Positions 1 through 8,858 of a DNA stretch of 64,000 bases are shown in pieces (position 1 is the first letter of the stretch; every line of letters begins with the position of its first letter). Below the pieces are notes generated by a model, which had not been told where the DNA came from, ran no database searches, and saw only the letters and a program-made list of their open reading frames with translations. This stretch comes from a virus. Both the position numbers and the translations under genes were made by a program. Location: IMG/VR virus record IMGVR_UViG_3300025738_000001, one strand, 5' to 3'.

Positions 1-1863
1 CTATGGGGCTCTTCTGGGTCATTTTATTCTATCGGTATGACTGATGCATATGACTATGGTGATGTTACTGGCCATGCTACTACCTTTACTATGTCAACTA
101 ATGACGTACAGGGTTGGATATTCCGTAGGAGTGACCATGCTACTCTACAAGCAGCAATGTCATTATCTGGTCGCGGTAAATTAACTGTTGCTAGTAATGT
201 TGAAACTAGAGGGGCTTTCATTAACTACCGTGACGATTCCACCGCTTCACTTATATCTATGACTGGCACTGGTACGCAGCGATATATCAACTGGGGTGGT
301 GGTCATGACCAAATGAAGTTTACCAAGGGTGCAAACTCTGCTGGTACATCTACTCAGTTCTTTGGTTCTGTCAGTGTCGATGGTACTCTGCAAGCAGATG
401 GTAAGATATACTCCGAACAGGGCGTGTATGGTAAAGGTACAGCCAGTAATGTAGTTACTGCTGCCGACGAAGTCAAGATAGATGGTTACGGTATTATGAT
501 GAACCGCTCCACTGCTTATATTACTAATGGGGCTGTTGGAGGTATCCTTACCTTTGGTATAGGTGGCATACATAATAACGGCCCTGTAATGAAGTTGGAT
601 ACAGCTGGCTTATATGCACTGGATAATAAATTCATTTCTGCAGGTAATGACAAAGATTTAATCATGTATCATAATGCCACTGATTCGCATATCAGTAATA
701 GAAAAGGTGACTTGTATATCCGTAACCAGGCAGACGGTAAACACATGTATTTTGGTATTGATTGCACTGATGGAGGTACAGATTACCCTCTAACACTTAC
801 TGCAGGTGCTACTGACGGTACTTCTTATGTACAGTTACGCTATGGCGATACAACCAAATTAAGAACTACTTCGTATGGAGCATATGTTGAAGGTAACGTC
901 GTAGCGGCAGGCGGTAATTATTACGCTGGTGATTCGTCCGCTACCAGTATAGCTATTGGTGATGCCAATGCTTACCACCAAGTTAAGTTAGGTAACCGTG
1001 TAGACAAGTTCCGCTTATGGGGTAATGAGAATTCATACGTTATTGGTATGACTGATGCATATGACTATGGTGATGTTACTGGCCATGCTACTACCTTTAC
1101 TATGTCAACTAATGACGTACAGGGTTGGATATTCCGTAAGTCCGACCATATTACAGGTCAAGCAGCAATGTCCTTATCAGCCCGTGGTAAAATGAAGGTT
1201 GCCGATACAGTTGAGGCTATTGGTTTCAAGGGTACTTCTACCGCTACACTAGTGCCGCAACAAGGTAATGAGATAGGGTTCACTTCGTCTAGTACGCAAC
1301 TGTACTTTAACTACCGACAGAACGGCGGTATTGCTATTAACACCTTCCACTTTGGTAACGGTACTAATGCAGCTGGCGAAGACTCTGGTAACATCGTATG
1401 TGGTGATTTAACGTCTGGTGGTATTGTTGATGCTACAGGGTTCACTGTTAACGGTAGCCCTTTATCTGTTGAGACCTTGACTACTAGGGTCGCTGATTTA
1501 GAGGCTTACCCTACTGCACCTGTAAAAGTCGTAACTGGTATTGGTCCTAATGACTTACTGGATGACTTCATAGAGAGCGGCACCGGTTCAGCAGGTTTGA
1601 GATACTGGTTCCAAGATGAGAAAACACTTCGTGTAGTTGGTCTTATAAGTCATGATAGCACTACCGCTACACAAATGAATCTGTTCGAGCTACCTGCCGC
1701 TATTGCTGCAATAGTAACCGCTACAAGTAGTTTCGGTGTCGCTGTAAGTAACCAAGGAGGCCTGACGTATACCCAAGTGGATAATGGATTTGTAAGAATT
1801 ACCTTACCCCTGGCAACTGTATGGGCTATAATCGACCACACGATTAACTTAACCCCTGTTTAA
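1..1863 (+). CDS. Tail fibre-like structural protein, 5' partial; two tandem ~337-aa modules
   Basis: ORF track 37..1863, but frame 1 has no stop from nt 1 (LWGSSGSFYSIG before the first Met mirrors LWGNENSYVIG before aa 338), so the gene begins left of the window. G/T/S/N-rich fibre-like composition; adjacent to other fibre genes. Confidence 0.7.
   Translation, partial: LWGSSGSFYSIGMTDAYDYGDVTGHATTFTMSTNDVQGWIFRRSDHATLQAAMSLSGRGKLTVASNVETRGAFINYRDDSTASLISMTGTGTQRYINWGGGHDQMKFTKGANSAGTSTQFFGSVSVDGTLQADGKIYSEQGVYGKGTASNVVTAADEVKIDGYGIMMNRSTAYITNGAVGGILTFGIGGIHNNGPVMKLDTAGLYALDNKFISAGNDKDLIMYHNATDSHISNRKGDLYIRNQADGKHMYFGIDCTDGGTDYPLTLTAGATDGTSYVQLRYGDTTKLRTTSYGAYVEGNVVAAGGNYYAGDSSATSIAIGDANAYHQVKLGNRVDKFRLWGNENSYVIGMTDAYDYGDVTGHATTFTMSTNDVQGWIFRKSDHITGQAAMSLSARGKMKVADTVEAIGFKGTSTATLVPQQGNEIGFTSSSTQLYFNYRQNGGIAINTFHFGNGTNAAGEDSGNIVCGDLTSGGIVDATGFTVNGSPLSVETLTTRVADLEAYPTAPVKVVTGIGPNDLLDDFIESGTGSAGLRYWFQDEKTLRVVGLISHDSTTATQMNLFELPAAIAAIVTATSSFGVAVSNQGGLTYTQVDNGFVRITLPLATVWAIIDHTINLTPV
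34..127 (+). repeat. Direct repeat copy A, 94 nt identical to 1045..1138
   Basis: Base-by-base comparison: ggtatgactgatgcatatgactatggtgatg...ggttggatattccgta is identical in both copies. Period 1011 nt = 337 codons. Confidence 0.9.
1045..1138 (+). repeat. Direct repeat copy B, 94 nt identical to 34..127
   Basis: Same comparison. Flanks are only protein-level similar (RSDHATLQAAMSLSGRGK vs KSDHITGQAAMSLSARGK). Confidence 0.9.
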
Positions 1864-1922
1864 CCCCTCATGGTCACCTTATGGGAATGAGGTGACCTAA
1901 CTCACAGAACTAAGGACCTATT

Positions 1923-4535
1923 ATGACAATTCAAGTAACGGGTATTCTTCGGAATCCAATGGGACAGCCAATCCCTAATACAGGTATACGGGTGACTGCT
2001 GTAATAGGCTCACCTACTGTTATGCCACACTCTGTGGCTGAGTACTCGACTGATATAGCAGGCCTGTATAACTTCACATTAGAAGATGGTCAATATGTAA
2101 TTGAAGCCATATACACAGATACCTATGAATTAGCTGGCTCATCTATTGTTAATGCTGGTACTCCTACACCGGTTACATTCCATGAGTTATTTCAGTATAC
2201 GACTCCACTCGACCCTCAACAAGTTGTGGACTTACGTGCTGAGTTCCAGTTAGAGATAGACCAGTTACAGAGTGCCTTTGATACTGAGACACAGGAGATA
2301 CGTACTCAGCTAGTTGATGGTGACGCTACTGTATTACAGACTGCTCAGGTATTCACTAATGACAGGCTTGGCTCACAACTCACTGTACTCACTGATGCTA
2401 TTACTGCTGGTGACGCTGCAGTTACTACTCAGCAACAGGCATATACTGATAGTGCAGGTAACGTACTAGCTGCCGCTACTACTCAGGTTGCTGCTGACCA
2501 AGCCTCTACACAGTTATCGCTTACTGCTACTATCAATGCACAGAACATTGAGAATTCCTCTATCAGGCAAGCAGCTATTACTAGTTCTGCTCAGGCGCAG
2601 TCTAATGCTCAGGCTTACTCTGATACTGCTTTAGGTTTAAGTAGCGCTCAGCTAAATACTAACATTGCCGCAGGTGATGCAGCTATTGTTACTTCTAGCC
2701 AAACTTACTCAGATAATAATACTGATACCTTGGAAGCATCCATGCGTGCCCTCATTACGGTTACTGGTACTAACGGTGCTGCCACAGCGGAGGCTTACAC
2801 TAATGCTGCTTTAGGGTACTTAGATGGCATGACAGGATTATGGGTAGATGGGCCATTGAGCCAATCTTTCCGTACCCATACAGTTACTACTACCGGTGGT
2901 GACGTTGGCAGCATAGAAGAGGTTATGCAGACCTTCGCTACTGCTGGTGGTAATGTAGTTGCTAAAGGTTCCATGATTTCAGATGTTAACGGCAAGATTA
3001 CCGGATACCGCTCAACCAATAACGGGGTAGACACTAACTTTCAGATTATCGCAGATAACTTCGCTGTAGGTCATATGAGTACTGACCCGACTCCGGTGTT
3101 TGTTAATGACATCTCATGGAATGGTATAGACAACTTACTTGAGGTCAGAGGACGTATGATTCTAGGTGATGGGTTCGTAGTTAACAACCAGGCTGATATT
3201 CAGGCATTGGATGGCGATACTATATTCCTTGTCTACCAATACTCGATAGACGGTATAAGCGGGTGGCATACTACTTTAGTCACTGGGGATTACTTCCAAC
3301 GTGTGGCTACATCTACTAATGGAACCATAGGAGCTTACAGTGCGGCTGCTAGGATAGTGGGAGATGCTGTAGGCGAGAAGCACCAATACAGTGTAGATGG
3401 GGCCACTCTATGGCATGACATCTTTACTACCGGTGATGTGTTTAGACGTACTGCTACTGTGACTAATGGCTCAGTAGGTGCCTATGGAGCTGCTGCTCGT
3501 ATAACAGGTGTACAAGGCATTGACGGTAATCATGGTAATGGCTCATTCATAATAGTCTCAGCTATACCGGCTACTGATGCACTTAAGGATGCTGATATAC
3601 TCGCTACGGCTAACCGTGCTGCACAGGAAGGGGATATAGTTACATATACTGATAACATAACTTTCGCTACTAAGTTCATTCGAGGAGCGAGTACATGGGC
3701 AGCCTTCACATTAGTTGTGGACGGTGATGCCATTATAGACGGTACACTGGCTGCGGCTGCTCTCGTTGCTGCATCCATTACAGGTACTGAGATTAGTGCT
3801 ACAGCTAATATAACTGTAGGGACTGGTAATAATGTAGCTATACTGAATGGTAATGGTACTGACCGAATATCTGCTGGTAATGCAGTTATGGCTAACTCTC
3901 CATTTCGTGTAACTCAGACGGGTGCTTTGTTTGCTACTAATGCTACCATTAACGGCGAGATTCGTACTCCTGCCTCAGCTTCAACTACCTCAGGTGTATT
4001 GATTACTGCTGATGGTAAACTGTATGCTGAAGATGGTACTTTCCGTGGTACTATCAGTACAGATAAACTGGATGCAGATGTAGTGTCTATGGTTCGTAAA
4101 TCTGTAGCTGCTCAGTCTTATGGACCTGCTGTAGGAACTAACCTAACCTACGTATTGTATACAGGTAATGTGGGTTCTACTGTGTCTACCGGTACGCGTA
4201 CACTAGTGTTCCCTCAGATAAGCCTGACTACGTTGACCATAGGTAAAATTAACCCCGGTACACATTGTGCCCTATACGCTGATTACCACATAGGCGGGGC
4301 ATGGATTCAATACTTTTCTTACTTAGTAACGACTCCATCTATATTTGAGGTTTCTCCGTTATTTGGTAGTCTTATACCTCAGCACGCTGTTGACATAGAT
4401 ACCAGTGCGCGTTCGTATGGTTTTAGAATTAGAGTAGTAGCGTTTTCGGGTACAGGTCTAGATACACTGACATTCGCTTTGCCTGGTCAAATAGCATTGC
4501 CTCAGGTATTTAGAAGAGGTTCACAAATATCTTAA
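1923..4535 (+). CDS. Tail fibre protein (prophage tail-fibre N-terminal domain + long A/T/Q-rich shaft + C-terminal domain)
   Basis: N-terminus MTIQVTGILRNPMGQPIPNTGIRVTAV...GQYVIEAIY...TPTPVTFHELF fits the prophage tail-fibre N-terminal pattern (PF08400-like, from memory). Two tandem ~45-aa repeats (YQYSIDG..WH..TGDYFQRVATSTNG / HQYSVDG..WH..TGDVFRRTATVTNG). 870 aa. Confidence 0.8.
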   Translation: MTIQVTGILRNPMGQPIPNTGIRVTAVIGSPTVMPHSVAEYSTDIAGLYNFTLEDGQYVIEAIYTDTYELAGSSIVNAGTPTPVTFHELFQYTTPLDPQQVVDLRAEFQLEIDQLQSAFDTETQEIRTQLVDGDATVLQTAQVFTNDRLGSQLTVLTDAITAGDAAVTTQQQAYTDSAGNVLAAATTQVAADQASTQLSLTATINAQNIENSSIRQAAITSSAQAQSNAQAYSDTALGLSSAQLNTNIAAGDAAIVTSSQTYSDNNTDTLEASMRALITVTGTNGAATAEAYTNAALGYLDGMTGLWVDGPLSQSFRTHTVTTTGGDVGSIEEVMQTFATAGGNVVAKGSMISDVNGKITGYRSTNNGVDTNFQIIADNFAVGHMSTDPTPVFVNDISWNGIDNLLEVRGRMILGDGFVVNNQADIQALDGDTIFLVYQYSIDGISGWHTTLVTGDYFQRVATSTNGTIGAYSAAARIVGDAVGEKHQYSVDGATLWHDIFTTGDVFRRTATVTNGSVGAYGAAARITGVQGIDGNHGNGSFIIVSAIPATDALKDADILATANRAAQEGDIVTYTDNITFATKFIRGASTWAAFTLVVDGDAIIDGTLAAAALVAASITGTEISATANITVGTGNNVAILNGNGTDRISAGNAVMANSPFRVTQTGALFATNATINGEIRTPASASTTSGVLITADGKLYAEDGTFRGTISTDKLDADVVSMVRKSVAAQSYGPAVGTNLTYVLYTGNVGSTVSTGTRTLVFPQISLTTLTIGKINPGTHCALYADYHIGGAWIQYFSYLVTTPSIFEVSPLFGSLIPQHAVDIDTSARSYGFRIRVVAFSGTGLDTLTFALPGQIALPQVFRRGSQIS

Positions 4536-4554
4536 ACATTTAAGGAATTAAATT

Positions 4555-4839
4555 ATGTCTATACAAGTAACAGGGGTTCTATTGAATCCTATAGGTCAGG
4601 TATCACCTAAGACTGTGGTACGTATTATATCTACGTCCAATGTTAATGGCGTTCTCTGTGGTTCGCCTGCAGAGGTGGTTACAGGTACTGATGGTTCGTA
4701 TGACTTCCCCTTAGTGGAAGGTACGTTCACATTGGAAGTTCTATACAGCTCTACGTATAAACTAGGAGGCACTGTAACCATTACTGGTGCTACACCTACG
4801 CCTATTACCTTAGAAGCATTATTTGCCTTAGCCGTGTAA
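4555..4839 (+). CDS. Stand-alone tail-fibre N-terminal domain protein (94 aa)
   Basis: MSIQVTGVLLNPIGQVSPKTVVRIIS...GTFTLEVLY...TPTPITLEALF is a paralogue of the first ~90 aa of the 870-aa fibre. RBS aaggaattaaatt before the ATG. Confidence 0.6.
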   Translation: MSIQVTGVLLNPIGQVSPKTVVRIISTSNVNGVLCGSPAEVVTGTDGSYDFPLVEGTFTLEVLYSSTYKLGGTVTITGATPTPITLEALFALAV

Positions 4840-4878
4840 ATTTGGTAAGGTATCTCCTCACGCACAGGAGCAACTATT

Positions 4879-5310
4879 ATGATTAAGTGTATGATGTTAG
4901 TACTTACTATGTTTCTAGCTGGTATGGCTCACTCCTTGGAGCGTACAGCCGACTTTGCTAAGAACGAGTGGATGAGTTCATCAAACCAATGTAGTCATGA
5001 AAGTTCTCACGGTATGCATCCAGAGGTAATGGAGAAAGTCCAACAGTTGAGAGACTTTATGGGACACCCGTTAACTCTGACTTCTGCTTACCGGTGTGTG
5101 AGTCATCCTATAGAGGCTAGGAAGACTAAGCCAGGTCAGCACAGTAAAGGCCTGGCAGTTGATATAGCAGTAGAGGATGAGTACATGGCAGCGAAGGTAA
5201 TCAAGTATGCTCTAACCAGACTTGATGTAGTAGGCTTCGCATATAGTAAAAAAATGAGGTTCGTCCATCTGGACTGGCGCAATGGGGATACTGTAACATG
5301 GAATTATTAA
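4879..5310 (+). CDS. Endolysin, peptidase M15 family (zinc D-Ala-D-Ala carboxypeptidase-like / L-Ala-D-Glu peptidase-like) with N-terminal signal or SAR segment
   Basis: H-x6-D zinc motif (QHSKGLAVD) plus FVHLDWR and TSAYRC, as in Peptidase_M15_3. Hydrophobic N-terminus MIKCMMLVLTMFLAGMAHS. Confidence 0.85.
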   Translation: MIKCMMLVLTMFLAGMAHSLERTADFAKNEWMSSSNQCSHESSHGMHPEVMEKVQQLRDFMGHPLTLTSAYRCVSHPIEARKTKPGQHSKGLAVDIAVEDEYMAAKVIKYALTRLDVVGFAYSKKMRFVHLDWRNGDTVTWNY

Positions 5311-5588
5311 ACTTAAAGAATGGGGTATTAACGGTGTTAGCAGCTATAGGTATATACTTATCGGCTATCGCATTTAACAACGTACAAGAGGATAGTAAGT
5401 CTATCCAAGCGATACTACTCGCACAACAAGCCAATACGATTCAGCTCACTACTCTGGTTACTGACATGAAGAATAGAGCAGATAAAGTTGATGCATTACT
5501 TATTAACCAAAACGACTTAGACCGCAGAGTGTTTAAGTTAGAGGTTCTAGCCGCACGGGATGTGAAAGGTGGTGACCCATCATCATAA
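5298..5588 (+). CDS. Lysis-cassette membrane protein (holin or i-spanin-like)
   Basis: Overlaps the endolysin stop by 13 nt. Single TM (GVLTVLAAIGIYLSAIAF) followed by a coiled-coil-like tail. Confidence 0.5.
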   Translation: MELLNLKNGVLTVLAAIGIYLSAIAFNNVQEDSKSIQAILLAQQANTIQLTTLVTDMKNRADKVDALLINQNDLDRRVFKLEVLAARDVKGGDPSS

Positions 5589-5597
5589 ACTCCAGAT

Positions 5598-5640
5598 AAA
5601 AAGAAAGCCTATCTAAAATTAATTAGATAGGCTTTTTTGT
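5598..5640. terminator. Bidirectional intrinsic terminator
   Basis: Stem of >=11 bp (agcctatctaa / ttagataggct) flanked by an A-run on the left and a T6 run on the right. Lies between convergent genes. Confidence 0.85.
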
Positions 5641-5823
5641 TTATGAAGCTTGGGGTTTTAAGAATCGTGATACACCTTCGGCGCTATCAATCATATTCTG
5701 TTTATTTGCCTTCGCTTCTAAAAGATTCATATGCTGTGTAATCATCCCGATTAGATTAGCACGTTCTACTGGACCACCTGCCTTAGCCAATCGGCTTTGT
5801 AAGTATTGAATAGGATGTTTCAT
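5641..5823 (-). CDS. Hypothetical protein (60 aa), antisense to the late operon
   Basis: ORF track; RBS aaggaa 7 nt before the ATG. Second gene of a two-gene leftward island. Confidence 0.55.
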   Translation of the reverse strand: MKHPIQYLQSRLAKAGGPVERANLIGMITQHMNLLEAKANKQNMIDSAEGVSRFLKPQAS

Positions 5824-5876
5824 ACATGAGGGGTTCCTTCTTAAGTGTTGATGGGATAATTAAGACTACTCTTAAT

Positions 5877-6098
5877 TTAAGGTTCTTGCAACTCTGCGTT
5901 ACTTGTTTCTATATCTAGCTCTATATACTGAATAATCTTAACCAGTAATTTAGGGTGTACTGTAGTTTCAGTTAGGCTATTATCAATTTGTGAGTGCCTA
6001 CTTACTTTTTGTAATTCGATTCCTTCGACACTATCTAAGTATTCTACTTCATACTTCCCTTCGTCCAGTTCTAATGTAATTGTGTGTATTGTGCTCAT
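5877..6098 (-). CDS. Hypothetical acidic protein (73 aa), antisense to the late operon
   Basis: ORF track; RBS gagg before the ATG. First gene of the leftward island. Confidence 0.55.
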   Translation of the reverse strand: MSTIHTITLELDEGKYEVEYLDSVEGIELQKVSRHSQIDNSLTETTVHPKLLVKIIQYIELDIETSNAELQEP

Positions 6099-6161
6099 CT
6101 TGACCTCAATTGTCTGTTATATGCTCATATGAGCAACGGAGTTGCACTTTCTTTACGCTAA

Positions 6162-6190
6162 TTGTCAACTAGGGGTTGCATTAGTATATA
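6162..6190 (+). promoter_or_regulatory. Sigma70-like promoter for the portal/capsid operon
   Basis: TTGTCA - 17 nt - TATATA, about 95 nt upstream of the portal ATG. Confidence 0.5.
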
Positions 6191-6283
6191 AAGGGTGTAT
6201 ATTCCTAATACACAAAAGGAAGGGGATAGTAAGTACCTCTTATAACTGCTAAACTTATTCATTTAATTATGTAGGGGAAATCT

Positions 6284-8401
6284 ATGCCTATTAATGATAT
6301 AGATAAATTTAAAGAAGCAGCTATTGCAGAAAAGCTCCAACCGGAGTGGGAAAACGCACCTACTGTAAGTGAACTTGAGAATGACTTTACCGAGGCTCAA
6401 GCATCGCATAGTTCAATGGTTACTCAGATAAACGGATGGTTAGACCACCTTAATCTGACTGGTTCAGCTAAGTTCAAACCCGCAGTGGGTAGGTCTGGTG
6501 TACAACCAAAGGTTATACGTAAACAAGCGGAATGGCGCTACTCTTCATTGAGTGACCCCTTCCTCAGTACTTCTGACTTGTATGACGTACATGCTATTAG
6601 CCATGAAGACAAAGCGAGAGCTGAGCAGAACTCAACTATACTTAATCATCAATGGAACACAGTACTTAATAAGCAACGGTTTGTAGACGACTACGTCCAC
6701 ACCTCAGTTGATGAAGGTACAGTTATTTGTCGTGTTGGTTGGATGTTAGAAGAGAAGGATGTGGAAGAAGCAATCCAATTGTTTGAATACCATCCTGACC
6801 TGACAGAACGAACCATGTCAATTATGCAACAAGCTTCGCAATTAAAGGCTACTGCACCTGACAGCTTCCGCCAGTTACCCGAAGAGATTCAGGCAGCGTT
6901 AGCGGAGACAGAACGAACCGGTTTACCACATATTGCCATACCGACTGAAAAAGAAGTACGAACAGTTGTTAAGGTAGTGAAGAACCAGCCTACTGTTGAA
7001 GTAGTTAAGTATACTGATGTAGTGATTGACCCTACATGTAATGGTGACTTGGATGCAGCGATGTTTATCATCTACTCATTCAGCACATCACATAGTGCTC
7101 TTAAAGCCCAAGGCAAGTATTCGAACCTTGATGCAATAGTAATGGTAGACGAGGATGTTGACTCAACTGATTCTGAATTCCAAGAAGGGCATAGCTTTAA
7201 GTTTGCAGATAAGCCTCGTGAGAAGTTTACTGCTAAAGAATATTGGGGTTACTGGGACATACATGGCACGGGTGTCGTAGTTCCATTTGTTGCTACTTAC
7301 GTTGGCTCAACAATGATTAGTCTTGAAGAGAGTCCTTACCCTGACGGTAAGCTACCATTCATTGCTGCTCAATACTTGTCTAAACGTAGACAGATTAATG
7401 GTGAACCAGATGGCGAACTGTTGGTTGACAATCAGAAGATTATTGGTGCAACTACACGCGGTATGATAGATATCATGGCTAAGTCGGCTAATGGGCAAGT
7501 AGGACACAGGGTTGATGCTCTGGACGCTACGAACCGTATTAAGTTCAGACGCGGTGATGATTATGAGTACACAAGTGCTGTTGACCCATCTCAAGCATTT
7601 TATGCACATAAGTATCCTGAGATACCTCAGTCGGCTCCACTAATGATTCAATTACAGAATCAGGATGCAGAGTCACTTACTGGTGTTAAAGCGTTCACTT
7701 CAGGTATCACAGGCAATGCGCTAGGTGATACAGTGGGTGGACAGCGTAACGCTTTGGATGCAACTGCTAAACGTGAAGTAAGTATTTTACGTAGGTTAGC
7801 TGATGGTACGGTCCGTATCGGTAAGAAGCTAATGGCTATGAACAATGAATGGCTTAGTGAAGAGGAAGTAACTCGTATCACTAACAAACCATACATTGCA
7901 CCACGGGAAGGTGAGTATGGACAGCAATTTGATTTACGCGTAACTGTCAGCACTGCTGATGAAGATAACGCTAAAGCAAGTGAACTGTCCTTCATGTTAC
8001 AGACTATGGGTAATACAGTAGACTTTGCTATAACTAAGTTAATCCTTGTGGACATAGCTAAGTTACGCAAGATGCCTGCACTAGCTCAATCGTTGATAGA
8101 GTACGAACCTCAGCCAGACCCGATGGCTGTAGAGAAGGCTCAATTAGAAAACCGAGTACTCATGTTACAAGCTGCTAAGCTTGAAGCAGAGATTGCTCAG
8201 ATTGGTTCTAACACTGGACTTAACGGTGCTAAGACTCAACATGAAGTTGCTAAGACTGCTAATACAGAATCGGATACTGACCTCAAAGACCTTGAGTATG
8301 TTGAGACTGAATCAGGTGTTAAACAGGAACGTGAACTTCAGAAGCAAAAGGAAGCTACTAGCTTTAAAGTAGATTCTAATAAGTCTTCAAGTAAAAAGTA
8401 A
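6284..8401 (+). CDS. Portal protein (candidate)
   Basis: 705 aa. First gene after the promoter and followed by scaffold-like and capsid genes, as I recall for N4 gp59-gp57-gp56. Charged C-terminal tail. No motif-level proof. Confidence 0.6.
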   Translation: MPINDIDKFKEAAIAEKLQPEWENAPTVSELENDFTEAQASHSSMVTQINGWLDHLNLTGSAKFKPAVGRSGVQPKVIRKQAEWRYSSLSDPFLSTSDLYDVHAISHEDKARAEQNSTILNHQWNTVLNKQRFVDDYVHTSVDEGTVICRVGWMLEEKDVEEAIQLFEYHPDLTERTMSIMQQASQLKATAPDSFRQLPEEIQAALAETERTGLPHIAIPTEKEVRTVVKVVKNQPTVEVVKYTDVVIDPTCNGDLDAAMFIIYSFSTSHSALKAQGKYSNLDAIVMVDEDVDSTDSEFQEGHSFKFADKPREKFTAKEYWGYWDIHGTGVVVPFVATYVGSTMISLEESPYPDGKLPFIAAQYLSKRRQINGEPDGELLVDNQKIIGATTRGMIDIMAKSANGQVGHRVDALDATNRIKFRRGDDYEYTSAVDPSQAFYAHKYPEIPQSAPLMIQLQNQDAESLTGVKAFTSGITGNALGDTVGGQRNALDATAKREVSILRRLADGTVRIGKKLMAMNNEWLSEEEVTRITNKPYIAPREGEYGQQFDLRVTVSTADEDNAKASELSFMLQTMGNTVDFAITKLILVDIAKLRKMPALAQSLIEYEPQPDPMAVEKAQLENRVLMLQAAKLEAEIAQIGSNTGLNGAKTQHEVAKTANTESDTDLKDLEYVETESGVKQERELQKQKEATSFKVDSNKSSSKK

Positions 8402-8490
8402 GTATGTACTAACATATGGAGGAACAATAATGTTGCCTCCATTAAACTATCCACCACGTAATGGTGCGGGACACAAGTGAGATTATTATT

Positions 8491-8856
8491 ATGAGCATGA
8501 CACAAGATATCCAACAAATTGAAGTAAACATCGCTGAAGCAAAAGAAGCAGTTGCACTAGGTGAATGCCTGGCCCGTTTAAGTAAGAACCGTGACTTCAA
8601 GAAGCTAATTGAAACACGTTATTTCAAAGATGAAGCGCACCGCTTAGTAATGCTTAAAGCAGCACCGTCTATGCAGGATGAAAAGAATCAGGCAGAGATT
8701 GTTAAAGACATGGATGGTATTGGTTCCCTATTCCAGTTCTTCTGCGCTATTCAAGGTGAAGCAGGTCAAATGGCTCACAGTATTAAAGTTGACCAAGCGA
8801 TGATTGATGAACTAGCCGCTTCTGAAGCTGCTGCCGTTAATGCTGAAGGAGAGTAA
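8491..8856 (+). CDS. Hypothetical head-assembly region protein
   Basis: ORF track 8461..8856. Start ambiguous (8461, 8491 or 8497). Tightly followed by the next gene. Confidence 0.55.
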   Translation: MSMTQDIQQIEVNIAEAKEAVALGECLARLSKNRDFKKLIETRYFKDEAHRLVMLKAAPSMQDEKNQAEIVKDMDGIGSLFQFFCAIQGEAGQMAHSIKVDQAMIDELAASEAAAVNAEGE

Positions 8857-8858
8857 TC

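Noticed and set aside
1-4535. Diversity-generating retroelement or phase-variation system acting on the repeated fibre modules
   Set aside because: No reverse transcriptase, invertase or template-repeat-like adenine-biased copy is present in the window.
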